A DNA stretch of 64,000 nucleotides from NCBI GenBank assembly GCA_964016885.1, contig OZ024761.1, forward strand, positions 16,616,001-16,680,000, in the 5' to 3' direction. Below the pieces are notes generated by a model that worked only from the letters and a program-made list of their open reading frames with translations, was not told where the DNA came from and did no database searches. Below, piece after piece: positions 13,601 to 27,801 of the stretch. Numbering within the stretch: position 1 is the stretch's first letter; the number at the start of each line of letters is the position of its first letter. The DNA is from Eledone cirrhosa. Its lineage: Eukaryota. Made by a program: the position numbers and the translations under genes.

Positions 13601-16600
13601 AGCAAAGCTATCCTCGGCGGGATTTTAACTCAGAACATAAAGGGCCATAATTCTATGCTGCTAAGCATGTCTGATGCTCTACCAATTCTGCCAATCCACC
13701 ACCCTTATAATAATAATAATAGACATAGAAACTAAGTCAAATCAGTTCTGTGTGAGCGAATGACAGTCCCCTGACCTGATCCCTCACAAAGGGACAGTCC
13801 GTCCTTCCCATGCTACTGTAGAAGATGGATGTTAAACAATGATGATGATGACTGATGAATATCCAACTTACTGTTCTGGTCGTCTGTGTTAGGACTTGAC
13901 AAGATGGCTGCCTCTGTAAGAACTGGATGGATGGAGATTTCTTCCTGACTGATGGTGTGTGTGGCTGCTTGGTCTTCTGCACCTGTATTTGATGCTTGTG
14001 TCACTTCCTAATAAGGAAGAAAGTAAAACATGATGGAAATAGAGTAGGAGATGATTTTTTTAATACAAACTCGATTCATTACTCAAGCTAGAATATTCAA
14101 ACATATCATTAACCCTTTAGTATTTAAACCGGCCAGAATTCTCTCACCTCTTTCTGTTCAAACTGGCCACTCACACCAATGTCCTCAAAATAAATAATAT
14201 CAAAATCTTGTAGATTCAATATTATGTGAGGTAAAGCCTTTACTGGGAAAATATAATAGTATATATAGAGTAATGTAAATGCTAAAGGGTTAAGGGTTGA
14301 GAGGACACTTCCCTAATGCTGGTGATCTACAACGATAAAAGCACCCAGTTCATGCTGTAAAGTAGTTGGTATTAGGAAGCTGTAGAAAGCTTGCCAAAGA
14401 AAGGGTTGGGAGGACCCTTCAATTTGTAATCACTGTATGTGAGCAGGATACAGACCCCTTAGCCTGTCTAGGAGGTCCTGCTTCAGTACTGACTTGATCT
14501 ATGTAGACTCATCCAACCCTTGCTAGCAGGAAAAGCAACATTAAATGATGATTGAAGATGATCACTGGATAGAGATGATCACCTAATAGAGAATTTGGAG
14601 GGATTTAGAAGTATAACTAACTTCCTCATAATTAAGCTGATATTTCGAACATAACTTAAAGGTTCCAGCATAAAATCATGATGGAAGTTTTTTAGATGAA
14701 TATAAACACTTTAACCCTTTCCTTAACATATTTCTAATGAAAGAAGACAATGCTTGTGGTTTTCAAATGATTTTGAAAGTATTCAAGGATATGCAAACAT
14801 GGAAAAGCAAATGTAAAAACGGTGGTGATGATGATGATGATGATGGTGATGATCATGATGATGACGATGATAGTGATCATGATGATGATGATGAACCAGG
14901 GACAATGTCTGGCAGTTTTAGCATCAAAACGGCTGAAGAGAACACAGAAGAGTGTTTCATGTTCGTCTGACTCACCTGAGCAATTTGTATCTGGAATGTT
15001 GTCTGTGGATTTCTGAAATGAGTTTTATAATGTTTGATGGCCTCGTCGCGTCTGTTGAAACCGTTGCGACACTTGTAACAGTGCCAGTGAGCTCGCTTGA
15101 ACTTCTTCTCACCTTTGATGATTCCAACAATGTCACAATGGTCACAGCACCGCAGAATCTTCAGACCTGTCAAGGTAACAACCAACATTATTAAACATAC
15201 AATACACCAACAATGACAATAGCAACATTAACCCATTAGCATTTACGTTACTCTATATTTACTATTGTATTTTTGTGGAAAAAGGGTTTAACTCATATAA
15301 TTATCTCACATAATATCAAATCTATGAGATTTTGATATTTTTTTATTTTGAGAACAATACCTTAACATAAGTATGAGCGGCCAGATACAACCAGTTTGAA
15401 CAGAAAGAGGTAAGAGAATCCTGGCCGGATATGGCTGGTTTAAATGCTAAAGGGTTAATGTAAACACCACAACCACCAACAATTCCAACACCACCACCAC
15501 CAACAATACCAATAACTATCAAACAAAGGACACTAAACAACCCCTCCAAAAACACCATCACTACCACTAAACGACCCCTCCCAAAACACCACCACTACTA
15601 CCACTAAATGACCCCTCCCAAAACACAACCACTAAACAAGCCCTCCCAAAACACCACCACCACCACTACCACTAAACGACCCCTCCTAAAACACCACCAC
15701 CACTACCACTAAACAAACCCTCCCAAAACACCACCACCACCACTACCACTAAACGACCCCTCCTAAAACACCACCACCACTACCACTAAACAAACCCTCC
15801 CAAAACACCACTACCACTAAACGACCCCTCCCAAAACACCACTACCACTAAACAAACGCTCCCAAAATACCCCCACCACTAAACAAACCCTCCCAAAATA
15901 CCCCCACCACTAAACGACCCCTCCCAAAACACCACCACCACTAAACGACCCCTCCCAAAACACCACGACTACCACAAACAACAACGCCACAATCACCAAT
16001 AACTATAACAACAACAATATCAAACATAGGATGATCTAGCAGTACAATAGCTGTTTAAAGCCCCCAATTTTTATTCTGAAATGAACCCCCTAAAATTCTT
16101 CTTGCGGAATAAACAAAAATGACAAACCTGCAAACTCTATGCCCTTGTCTACATGTTTCACTCGGTAATGGACTTTCAAAATAACAGGATCTTGGTAAGA
16201 TTCTGACTTCACACAGAATGGACAATGCATATGCGGATTCTGGTTAGAACACGATAGATCCAGGCACATGACAGGATTAAAGTTGGTCTCTGTTCCTTTG
16301 ATTCTCACGCTTGGATGAGTCTGATAAACAACAACAACAATAACAAGATATTACCAAATGAATAGGTAAGGTAAAAGGAGCACTTAACTCTTGCTTGAGT
16401 CGAAGAGGACCCCATGTTGATAAATGGCAAGTCTTGGCCATTTTAAACCTGGCCAGAACGCATCTGTATTGTTTCCTTCCTGGGACTATGTTGAAAAATA
16501 AACTTCATTTGGTCATTCCATGAGAGTATCTTGGTCAGCTTATGAACTTTTCAGCCTACCCTCATATATATATATATTTTTTTTTTTTAAAGTGATGCTA

Positions 16601-18806
16601 GAGCTGTGAAATCTTGCATGCATTCATTGCAACACATCATCTTATTAATAACTGCATTGTTTCTTTCCAGGGACTATGTTGAAAAATAAACCTCATTTGG
16701 TCATTCCATGAGTATCTTGGTCAGCTTATGAACTTTTTAGCTGACCCTCATACACTTAATCCTTTACCATTTACATTAATCTATATATATACTATTGTAT
16801 TTTCATGGTAAAGGCTTTATCTCACATAATATCAAATCTATGAGATTTTGATATTATTTTGAGAACAATACCTTAACATCAGTATCAGTGGCTAGTTACA
16901 GCCGGTTTGAACAGAAAGAGATGAGAGAATTCTGGCCGAATAAGGCAGGAAGAGAAGATGACCGATTAAATGGACTGGTACTTTCTTTACTGATCTTGAA
17001 AGCTGGAGACACGGTTGGCTCCTCTTTCTACTAATAGCCCCTAAATTATGAAGGACCTCCCACCCCGGGCCTCGAAAAGAAATTTTGCAAGGCAGGTGTT
17101 GCATGGTTGCTGTGGGGCCTTCTTAGCTCTTGGGCACTGGAACAAAGTGTCAGCTGGACACCCTCCAATACATACACATCTGTGTCCTTTCTGGAGCTAA
17201 AGCACCTCTGATCTCTCTCATGTTATACAAGATAGTTTCTAATTGAAGAAGTTCACAGAATTTTTTTTTAAAGTTAATTTTAAAACAAAATATAAAATCA
17301 ATTAATCAATAATAACGAACCTTGATGTTGTTATTCTTGGGTATTTGTGTCATTGTATTGGTTGAAGGAAGGTGCCCCTGGAAATATAGATTTATATATG
17401 TATATATATATACAGATATAAATAGATACAAATACACACATACATGTACATGATTATAGATACACTAATATGGACGGACACACACATATATACATATAGA
17501 TACAGACATATACATACCTGTACATATAGATACATATACATATATATACCTGTACATATAGATACAGACATGTATATATACCTGTACATATATATACAGA
17601 CATATACATATAGATACATAGACATATATATATATATACCTGTACATATAGATACATAGACATATATATACCTGTACATATAGATACAGACATATACATA
17701 CCTGTACAGATAAATAGACATACATATATATACCTGGACTATATATACAGACATATATATATATATACCTGTACATATAGATACATATACATATATATAC
17801 CTGTACATATAGATACATAGTCATATACATACCTGTACATATAGATACATAGTCATATACATACCTGTACATATAGATACATAGTCATATACATACCTGT
17901 ACATATAGATACATAGTCATATACATACCTGTACATATAGATACATAGACATATACATACCTGTACATATAGATACATAGTCATATACATACCTGTACAT
18001 ATAGATACATAGTCATATACATACCTGTACATATAGATACATAGACATATACATACCTGTACAGATAAATACAGACATACATATATATACCTGGACTTAT
18101 AGATGCATAGACATATATATATATATACCTGTACATATAGATACATAGACATATATATACCTGTACATATACATAACATATATATATATACCTGTACATA
18201 TAGATACACAGACAGACATATATACATATATATACCTGTACATATAGACATATATACCTGTACATATAGATAGACATATACATATATATACCTGTACATA
18301 TACATAACATATATATATATATATACCTGTACATATAGATACACAGACATATACATGTATATATACCTGTACATATAGATACATATACATATATACCTGT
18401 ACATATAGATACACAGACATATACCTGTACATATAGATACATAGACATATACATATCTATATACCTGTACATATAGATACATAGACATATATATATACCT
18501 GTACATATACATACATAGACATATACATATATATACCTGTACATGTAGATACATAGACATATATATATACCTGTACATATAGATAGACATATACATATAT
18601 ATATATACCTGTACATATAGATAGACATATACATATATATATATACCTGTACATATAGATAGACATATACATATATATATATATATACCTGTACATATAG
18701 ATACACAGACATATACATACATATATACCTGTACATATAGAGAGACATATATATATATACCTGTACATATAGATACACATATATATATATACCTGTACAT
18801 ATAGAT

Positions 18807-18890
<84 letters not shown>

Positions 18891-19471
18891 GTACATATAG
18901 ATACATAGACATATACATATAGATACATAGACATATACACATATATACCTGTACATATACATAACATATATATATATATACCTGTACATATAGATACACA
19001 GACATTCATCATCATCATTGTTGTTTAACGTCTATTTTCCACGTTAGCATGGATTATACAGGTTGTCACATTATGAGACAAGTCAGGTCCGGAGACCCGT
19101 CTTGCTCCTGTGGCTGGATGCCCTTCCTAACACCGACCGTGGTACAGTGTAAACTGGGTGCTTTTTTTCGTGACAACAATATGACCACCTTACAGAGTGG
19201 ACTGGGTGCTTTATGTCATGTCACGAATATGCCCACAAATGTGGACTACATGTTTTTGTCTTGACATCAGCACAACCACCTTACAGACATTGGATTGGCA
19301 GTATCAGTAGAGGGTCGGACGCCATGCTTTGCAGCAAAGAGTTACGGCCCTTTATGATCTGAGTTCAAAATCCCGCCGAGGTTAACTTTGCCTTTCATCC
19401 TTACGGGGTCGATAAAATAAAGTTCCAGTAATATAGTGAGTAATTGCTGGCCTTGTGCCAAAAGTAGAAAC

Positions 19472-19530
<59 letters not shown>

Positions 19531-22183
19531 TGTACATATAGATGCAGACACGTACAGATATATGTACATATTATTAATACGGACCTATAACAATAACAAA
19601 AACAGTCACAATTTATTTATAAAATATAACATTAGTGAAGACAATTCAAACACTTTTTTTAAACTTACATTTTATATTCAAAATAAATCAAAATAAAATA
19701 ATATAAACGAAAATCAAGCATCGAATTAAAAAGAAATATATTTGTCCTTTCTATCTATAACAATAGACTGGAAATAAATAGAATGAGGTTTGTTTGTTTA
19801 AGATTGGCTTTTAAATCTCAGTAATTAAAACTGGTGAATTCATTGCTAGTGAGGAGAACCACAACTTGACTCAACCACTTAACTACAAACGACTACTGCT
19901 ACAACTAATACTACTAATAATAATTGTTTCTACCTTTGGCACAGGGCCAGCAATTACCCAGTGCATTACTGGTACTTTATTTTATCGACCCCGTAAGGAT
20001 GAAAGGTAAAGTTAACCTCGGCGGGATCAAATAATAATAATGCTTTCTGATTTAGGCACAAGGCTAACAATTTTATGTGAGAGTGGAAAAGTCGATTAAA
20101 TCTATCACAGTACGTTACTGGTACTTATATTTAAAATACAAATAATAATCGTTTCTGATTTAGGTACAAGGCCAACAATTTTGGGGAAGGGGAAAGTCGA
20201 TTACATCGGCGGACTGATACTTTGTTTTATCGACCCCGTAAGGATGAAAGACAAAGCTAACCTCGGTGTGATTTGAACTCAAAACGTAAAGGGCTCTCAC
20301 TATATGCTAATCGATTTTGATTTAAGCAGAAAGCCAACAATTTTTTGACCGAAGGGAAAGTCGATTAAATCGATCCGTGCCAACAACAATGAAGTCGCGT
20401 GGGTTAGTGGTTGGAGAATTGGATTCGCAATCATGAGTTCGATTCCATGACCAGACGATGTGTTATGTCCTTGAATAAGATACGAGAAGTTTGGGACCGG
20501 TAGATGGTTAGCAGCAATGGAAAACATTGTTTCCTTGATCGGATTTGACGAGTTCCACTCCACCTGGTAAGCGAATGAGGTCTGAAATGAGGGGGTGAGG
20601 GGGTCTTGTCGATCGTATTTCAACAATGAGAAGCAAAGTGAGAAAGAGAAGATAAGTTTATTCAATTACATATAACTTTCCTGTTTGTTATTTTGTACAA
20701 TTTTTTTTTATATCTAAACCAATTTGTTAAAATCAACACCCAGATCGATTCATACAGCTGTTTTATTTTTTTTTATTTTCGTAATTTATTTTCTTTGGTT
20801 GATCTAATGCTGCAGTATTATTATTTATTCTATCATTATTATTTTTCTATTAAATTCATTAAAAAATATATATATACATTTATTACTTCTAGTTTAAAAC
20901 CTAATCTGTCTTGGAAAGCGTCTTGCTTCCCGGCAATAACATAACAAGTACTATCATTGGACCACAAACGAAAAATATATATGTCGCCTCCTCGTTGTTG
21001 TTGCTATATATATATATATATAAATTCTAGTTATAAATCATCCTGTCTATTTCTTTTTTCCATATTCATAATCCGATACCTTCTTTTTCTTTTCTTTTAA
21101 GAAACTACGATTAGAGATGAGCTATTGTTTCTAGCAGACCGAATGACCACCTTCCGGTCTACCTCGTCGGTTCATTTGGCTGTTTTGTAGATCGAGTGAC
21201 CACATATAGGCCTCCCTGTATGTGGTCACTCAGTCTACTAGATTAGAATAGCGACAGAAATAGTTGAGTAAGTAAGAAACAGAAAGACGGGGAGCTCGAT
21301 ACGAATTCTAGAACAAAATGAAAGAAACTACATAGGCAGACATCAGATATAGAGAGAGATAGCTATATAGATAGATAGATAGGCAGAAAGATAGAGAGTT
21401 AGATAGGTAGATAGACAGAAAGATAGGTAAATGGTCAGAGATAGCTATATAGATAGATAGATAGATAGATAGATAGGCAGAAAGATAGAGAGTTAGACAG
21501 ATAGATAGATAGACAGAAAGATAGAGAGTTAGATAGGTAGATAGACAGAAAGATAGGTAAATGGTCAGAAATATATATATAGACATAGGCAAATAGACGG
21601 ATAAATATATGTACAGATAGATAGAACTTGAAAAGACAGACGTACAATAAAGACATATTTGTTGTTCAGGACTCAAAATTATCTAAACGGTGAATTATTT
21701 CAAAAGCTATATTATAACGACTGTATTAGTCAAAATATTATCATCCAAACAATGAAATACATGGCACGCTTGTTTTGTCCTAAGCATTCAGTTTAACTAG
21801 CTCGCTTATAATTGTCTTAACTTCATAAGATATCTCTCTTATTGTGAGAGGGATCGGCTATTAAAATACTCTTACAGATCACTAAATACACCGATTCTGT
21901 TTGTCTTTCACATGTTGTCTAAATGTCATCGATTTATTGTGGTTTTTTCAAAACGTAAGCAAATACCAAAGAATTTTGTCACATTTGTAAAAACACCAAG
22001 CATTTGCACCGTTCAAGAAAAAGGCTTCTAGATCGAGAGACACAAGAGAAAATAAATATATATATATATATATATATATAAAAGGACACTTATTATTATT
22101 ATTATTATTAATCCGCGGGGGCTGGGGTGGAAAGTGAACCCTTTTAAGGTCCTCTGGGGGCAACTCACCACAAAGGCATTCAT
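10662..22183 (-). CDS. Uncharacterised ~599-aa protein with two C2H2-type zinc-finger modules, a coiled coil and a Q/H/E-rich disordered tail. Exons 22183-22169, 17377-17321, 16320-16128, 15166-14976, 14007-13872, 13439-13258, 12338-12204, 11552-10662
   Basis: All junctions are GT-AG with compatible phases, giving a 1800-nt open frame. Motifs CLDLSC..HMHCPFC..HYRVKH and [21 protein letters not shown]. Heptad region [45 protein letters not shown]. The 15-nt first coding exon is the least certain; an alternative ATG lies at 17353. Confidence 0.82.
12765..13084 (-). mobile_element. tRNA-derived SINE family A
   Basis: Reverse complement of 7014-7350; explains the repeated MPFLTPTSF.. pseudo-ORF. 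Confidence 0.88.
15535..15975. repeat. ~30-40-bp C/A-rich minisatellite
   Basis: Unit ACCACTAAAC(G/A)ACCCCTCCCAAAACACC(ACC)n. Confidence 0.9.
17385..19005. repeat. ~33-40-bp TA-rich minisatellite (~40 copies)
   Basis: Core TACCTGTACATATAGATACA separated by variable (TA)n. Confidence 0.92.
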
Positions 22184-22289
22184 TTTATGTGCTTAGAAGT
22201 GTGGTCTGGGCGGCATACATCGGCACAGTTAGTGTGTTTGTTTAGGTCAATTGATAAAACTCGCTTTTTCGTTGTTTTCGTTTCAGATG

Positions 22290-22360
22290 TCCGTTGTGTT
22301 TCACGTCATACACAAATCCGTGACGTCACAGTGCGCCAGCGCCGCCGCTCTCATTTTTCG
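22290..22360. promoter_or_regulatory. Putative bidirectional promoter of the zinc-finger gene and ADAT2, with a palindromic CRE (GTGACGTCAC 22320-22329) and a half site (ACGTCA ~22303)
   Basis: CpG-rich patch in an AT-rich background, lying between two divergent splice donors (minus-strand GT at 22168, plus-strand GT at 22392). Confidence 0.6.
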
Positions 22361-23937
22361 TTTCACCGATTACCGGAGAGTTACACTCAAGGTATACTAT
22401 GTGCTCTTTTGCGTTTGATTTTTTTTTTTTATTAAAAATTTACGCTCCCCCTCCCCTTATCTTAATTAATAATAATAAAAATAATAATTAAGTATTTATA
22501 TGGCGCTTTAAATCCAGCTAAACGGAAAAAAAATGTTAATAGGCGCTCAAGTCGTTCGTGGATTTATAAATACAAACAACATGTTTTAGACTTAAACATA
22601 AGCATTTGAAATTCCATTCACTGCTGGTAATTTCCTGAAAATATAAGCTTTTCAGATTTCACGTGAAAGCCAACGCGGGTAATACAGTCTGACTTACAGA
22701 AAGACCTGATCGCTGCAGCTCGTCATATATTTACTCAATTTAAACGCCCGTGTAAAGCTGCTAATCCATTATAGACTGAGGTATCTAGTACCCCTTATAT
22801 ATTTATAGTTTATATTACAGTTCATACATTTAGCATGTATGCACGACCTTAGGTTTTGGGGTTCAATTATGGCTACCACTATAAGCGATGAAAAAAAAAA
22901 CAAGAGGGTTAGAACAGTTAAATGTTTATTATTGAATTTTTTTTGTAGCCTCTCTAAGAACCATGGAAATAATTATAATTTAATATGCTTAAAATTTATA
23001 ATTTAAACAATATATAGTTTATATAACTATATTTTATAAAATAAATTAAGGAAACAAGAAAAACGCGCATGTACACAACAAGGAATGCTAGTATTCCCTT
23101 CCCTATTTTGAAATAATTATTTTAATTTCGAATCTAAGATATAATTCTTAATAATATAAATATTTTACAATAGAGTGTATCTATGCAGTCACTGGACATA
23201 ATAGAAGTAACAGCCAATTTCCCTTAAATCACACGCCTATGAAACTTTTTTTTGTAAGGGACACAACTCGTACATATAGGAAATTGTCTCGCAAACGGTG
23301 TCTTTGTGCTTTGTTTACTAAACTTATTTTTGTGAATTGTATAAAGTATTCTAAGAGATAAAGAGAAAGTATTCTGAATATTACATTTCTTGGAATTGTA
23401 CAGCTAATGTATTTCATTTCGTAATAAACACACACAAAAATGATTTATCTCCCCTGATAAGTTTTTCAAATCCATACGAGAGTCGACTGCAAAGTTCATA
23501 GGCTGACCAAGATACTCTCATGGAATAAGCAAATATGGCTTATTTTTCAAAATAGTCCCTGGAAAGAAACAATGCATTAATAGATGCAAGATTTCACAGC
23601 TCTAGCATCACTCCTTCGTCGTTAGCCTATACACTTTTCAACCGACCCAGTTGCGGCCAGAGTTAAGACAATTTGAAATCTTTTCCATTATCAATTGTGA
23701 AAAAAGTTAAAATCATTTAGTCGCCCATTCGTAATGTATGTTGCGCTTTAGTTACATACACACACACACACACACACCTACACGTAAATACATAAACTGA
23801 TACAGACAACAGAAGGAAGGGGCTGGTGAAAAGCTATAGCTATGTGTATTGCGTCCCTTTAGGGTTTACCAGCTACATAGCCTATTCGATGTATATATAT
23901 ATAATTATCGTCTGTTTCCTTTTACTGTTGTTAGTAA

Positions 23938-24483
<546 letters not shown>

Positions 24484-24749
24484 ATAAAATAAAATATTTT
24501 TATATAGAAATTTATATGATTTTTTTGTTTACATTTACTTGCCGATTGATAAGACTTAAAAATGGTAGGTAAACAGCCAGTCTTGCTTTGGTTTAATGTT
24601 AGAGCAACCATCTGGCGTACTGAATCTGTGAGTTCCATTTCCACAGACGATACTATCCACTTTTCCGTTTCTAGAGAGCTTCTATACCTAATTTGTTCGT
24701 CTAATTTCATGGTTAAAAAAAAAGTGGCAGGGACTTAGATTGAAGTGGA

Positions 24750-24962
24750 TTACTACTACTACTACTACAATTGCTGTTGCTACTATTACTACTACTGCTG
24801 TTGCTACTGTTGCTGCTATTACTGCTGTTTCTACTACTACTGCTGCTGCTACTACTACTACTGATGCTACTATTACTACTACTGATGCTGCTACTACCAC
24901 TACTGTTGTTGCTACTACTACTATTTCTACCACTACTGCTGTTTCTACCACCACTACTACTA
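24750..24962. repeat. (CTA/CTG)n triplet repeat downstream of ADAT2
   Basis: Direct inspection. Confidence 0.9.
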
Positions 24963-25301
24963 AGTTCATCCACTTCTTTGTGGAGACATGATAAAACCTT
25001 TCCATCTCACATGATCCAAGATTAACTGCTTCAGTTCTTTACTGAATAATTCTGTATCTTCCTCGATGATTCTCTCTAATGTTTTGAGAGGTCTTCCGTG
25101 TTTGTGTTTCACATTAGTGGGACCCCATAATAAAAATGTTCTGTAGCAGGTTCGTTACCTCTCATGACATGTCCTGCAAGTTGAAGATGCCTAATACTGA
25201 TGGTATAGCTAATGGAATGCCTAATACTGATCGTCTGGCTAATGGACTAGCTTACATTAAGTGAACGTACTTTAAAAAGCTCATAATTTTCTTAACTCAT
25301 T

Positions 25302-25672
25302 AGGATGAAAGGCAAAGTTAACCTATTGCTGGTACTCGTTTTCAGCTGAATATACTAGAGCAACGTAAAATGAAGTGTTTTGCTCAAGAACATAGCATAC
25401 AACCCGGTGCAGGAATCGAACCCACGTCATTATGATCGTAAGTCCAACACCCTTACGAATGATTCTTTGTTTACAAAAAACAAACAAACAAAATTTGCGG
25501 AGGCACGTGGTCTAGTGGTAAGGGTGTTGGACTTACGATCATAATGACGTGGGTTCGATTCCTGCACCGGGTTGTATGCTATGTTCTTGAGCAAAACACT
25601 TCATTTTACGTTGCTCTAGTATATTCAGCTGAAAACGAGTACCAGCAATAGGTTAACTTTGCCTTTCATCCT
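25302..25672. repeat. ~155-bp near-perfect inverted repeat of a chimeric SINE (25302-25456 / 25518-25672)
   Basis: The two arms are reverse complements across a ~61-nt spacer. Confidence 0.92.
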
Positions 25673-26427
25673 TACGGGGTCGATAAAATAAAGTACCAGT
25701 AATACGCTGGGGGTAATGGCTGGCCTTGTGCTAAAAGTAGAAACAGTTATTATGTTTACGAAAAAAATTCTAAATAAGCCTACAAGGTAAAAATTAAAAA
25801 CGGCCACTCTAACTGATCTGGCGGGCCGGATTGTAGCCCGACGACTGCCGGTTGCATGCCTCTGCTTTAGATTTTACAAAATAGCTATTTTTTTGTTTCT
25901 TTTTATTCTAACTCTTAATGTATCAAATAGTAAATAAATATGGCAAAGTATTTTGTTGGGTGCCCCAACGACTCTACCACTGTCTGTATCGCCCTTTGCG
26001 GTATTTGTTGTGGCTATTTACATTATGAGTTCAAATCCCACCGAGAACTCAATTTTGCCTTTCTTTCTTCTTCTGGGGTTCGATAAAATAAAGTACCAGT
26101 TAGGTACTAGGGTTGTGATTTAATCAACTTTTCCCTTCCCCCAAATTTTTTGGCTTTATTTTATCATAGATTATTATTTAAACTAAGAAGAGAGAGGGAT
26201 GGAGCGGGAGGTTAGCAACCTTACCTCTTTTAATCAAAATTGCTACAGAAATGACGGACGTCGACCAAATGCTTGCTTCTTGGAGAGAAAAAAAAGAACT
26301 GGGGAAAGAATGAAATGGTGCAAGGGAGGTAATATTTAATAAAGTGGCGGCTGAAATGAACTCTTTTGTGTTTTGAGTTAGAGATTTAAAAAAAACGTTG
26401 GCATGGCAACAATGTTTGTTGGTTCAC

Positions 26428-27343
26428 ATGTCAGCGATGGCCGACAACAACAACATTGAAAACGGCGAGGCAGAGAAAGTAGAAGAAGAAAATAGGCCAG
26501 ACACGGAGGGAGATACAGCTGGGAACATTGAGGAAACGGCAATAAGTAATGAAGAAGTAGGAGGGAGTCAAAATGGGAAAATACCTACAGAAGAGGAAAG
26601 CTGGGACTCTACAGAAGTAGAATCACACGACACCGACATGGGTTATTTGGAAATACGGAACGATGGAGACGAAGAGGATGTGGCAAGAGGAAACAATGAG
26701 GAATATCCAGAGAATGTGGAAATACAGGAAAAGGGAAATGAGGGGGAATATCCAGAGTATATGGAAACATGGGAGAAGGGAAGCGAGGAAGAATATCCAG
26801 AGAATGTGGAAATACAGGAAAAGGAAGACGAGGGGGAATATCCAGAGGAGGAGGGAGACGAGGTACAATATTCAGAGGATGTGGAAGTAGATGAGACGGA
26901 AGATGAAGAAATTGCTGGGTACATGACGAAGTTACTGGATAAACTGGAGATGGAAGTTAGAGAAGAATACGCAAAGAGCAAGGTGCAAAAAGACGAAACC
27001 TGGGACGATGTTGAAATACAGAGAAACTCAAAGGACGAAAGTGCGATCTACCATTCAAGTTATAGTGGAAATGTGTCTGAAGAAATACCATCGAGGGCAA
27101 GTTCAAGGAGAGAAGACGGTGAAGAAAAAATAGAATATTCGGAAGAGAAATTAGGTCGTTTACAGGATGATGATCATCAGAAAAAGACTTTTCCGAATTT
27201 AGCATTGGTAATATATAACACACACACACACATATATATTCATTTCATCATTTCATTTCATTTTACGTCTGCTTTTTCCCTGCTTGCAAGGGTGGGACAT
27301 GTATATATATATAACATATATGCATGTATATATATTTGCGCAT

Positions 27344-27421
<78 letters not shown>

Positions 27422-27509
27422 ATGCGTAAATATATATACATGTATATATGTTATATATATATATATATATATATATATAACATATATACATGTATATATA
27501 TTTACGCAT

Positions 27510-27570
<61 letters not shown>

Positions 27571-27644
27571 TGTATATATATTTACGCATACACGCACACA
27601 CATATATATATATAACATATATACATGTATATATATTTACGCAT

Positions 27645-27675
<31 letters not shown>

Positions 27676-27768
27676 ACATATATGCATGTATATATATTTA
27701 CGCATACACACACATATATATATATAACATATATGCTTGTATATATATTTACGCATACACACACACAC

Positions 27769-27801
<33 letters not shown>

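Noticed and set aside
17392-19018. Many Y/I/M/C-rich ORFs here and in other (TA)n/(CA)n tracts
   Set aside because: Microsatellite translation artefacts.
25499-25570. tRNA-like sequence (also the heads of SINE A copies)
   Set aside because: Continues into a SINE body, lacks a proper acceptor stem, and is multi-copy, so it is a SINE head rather than a tRNA gene.
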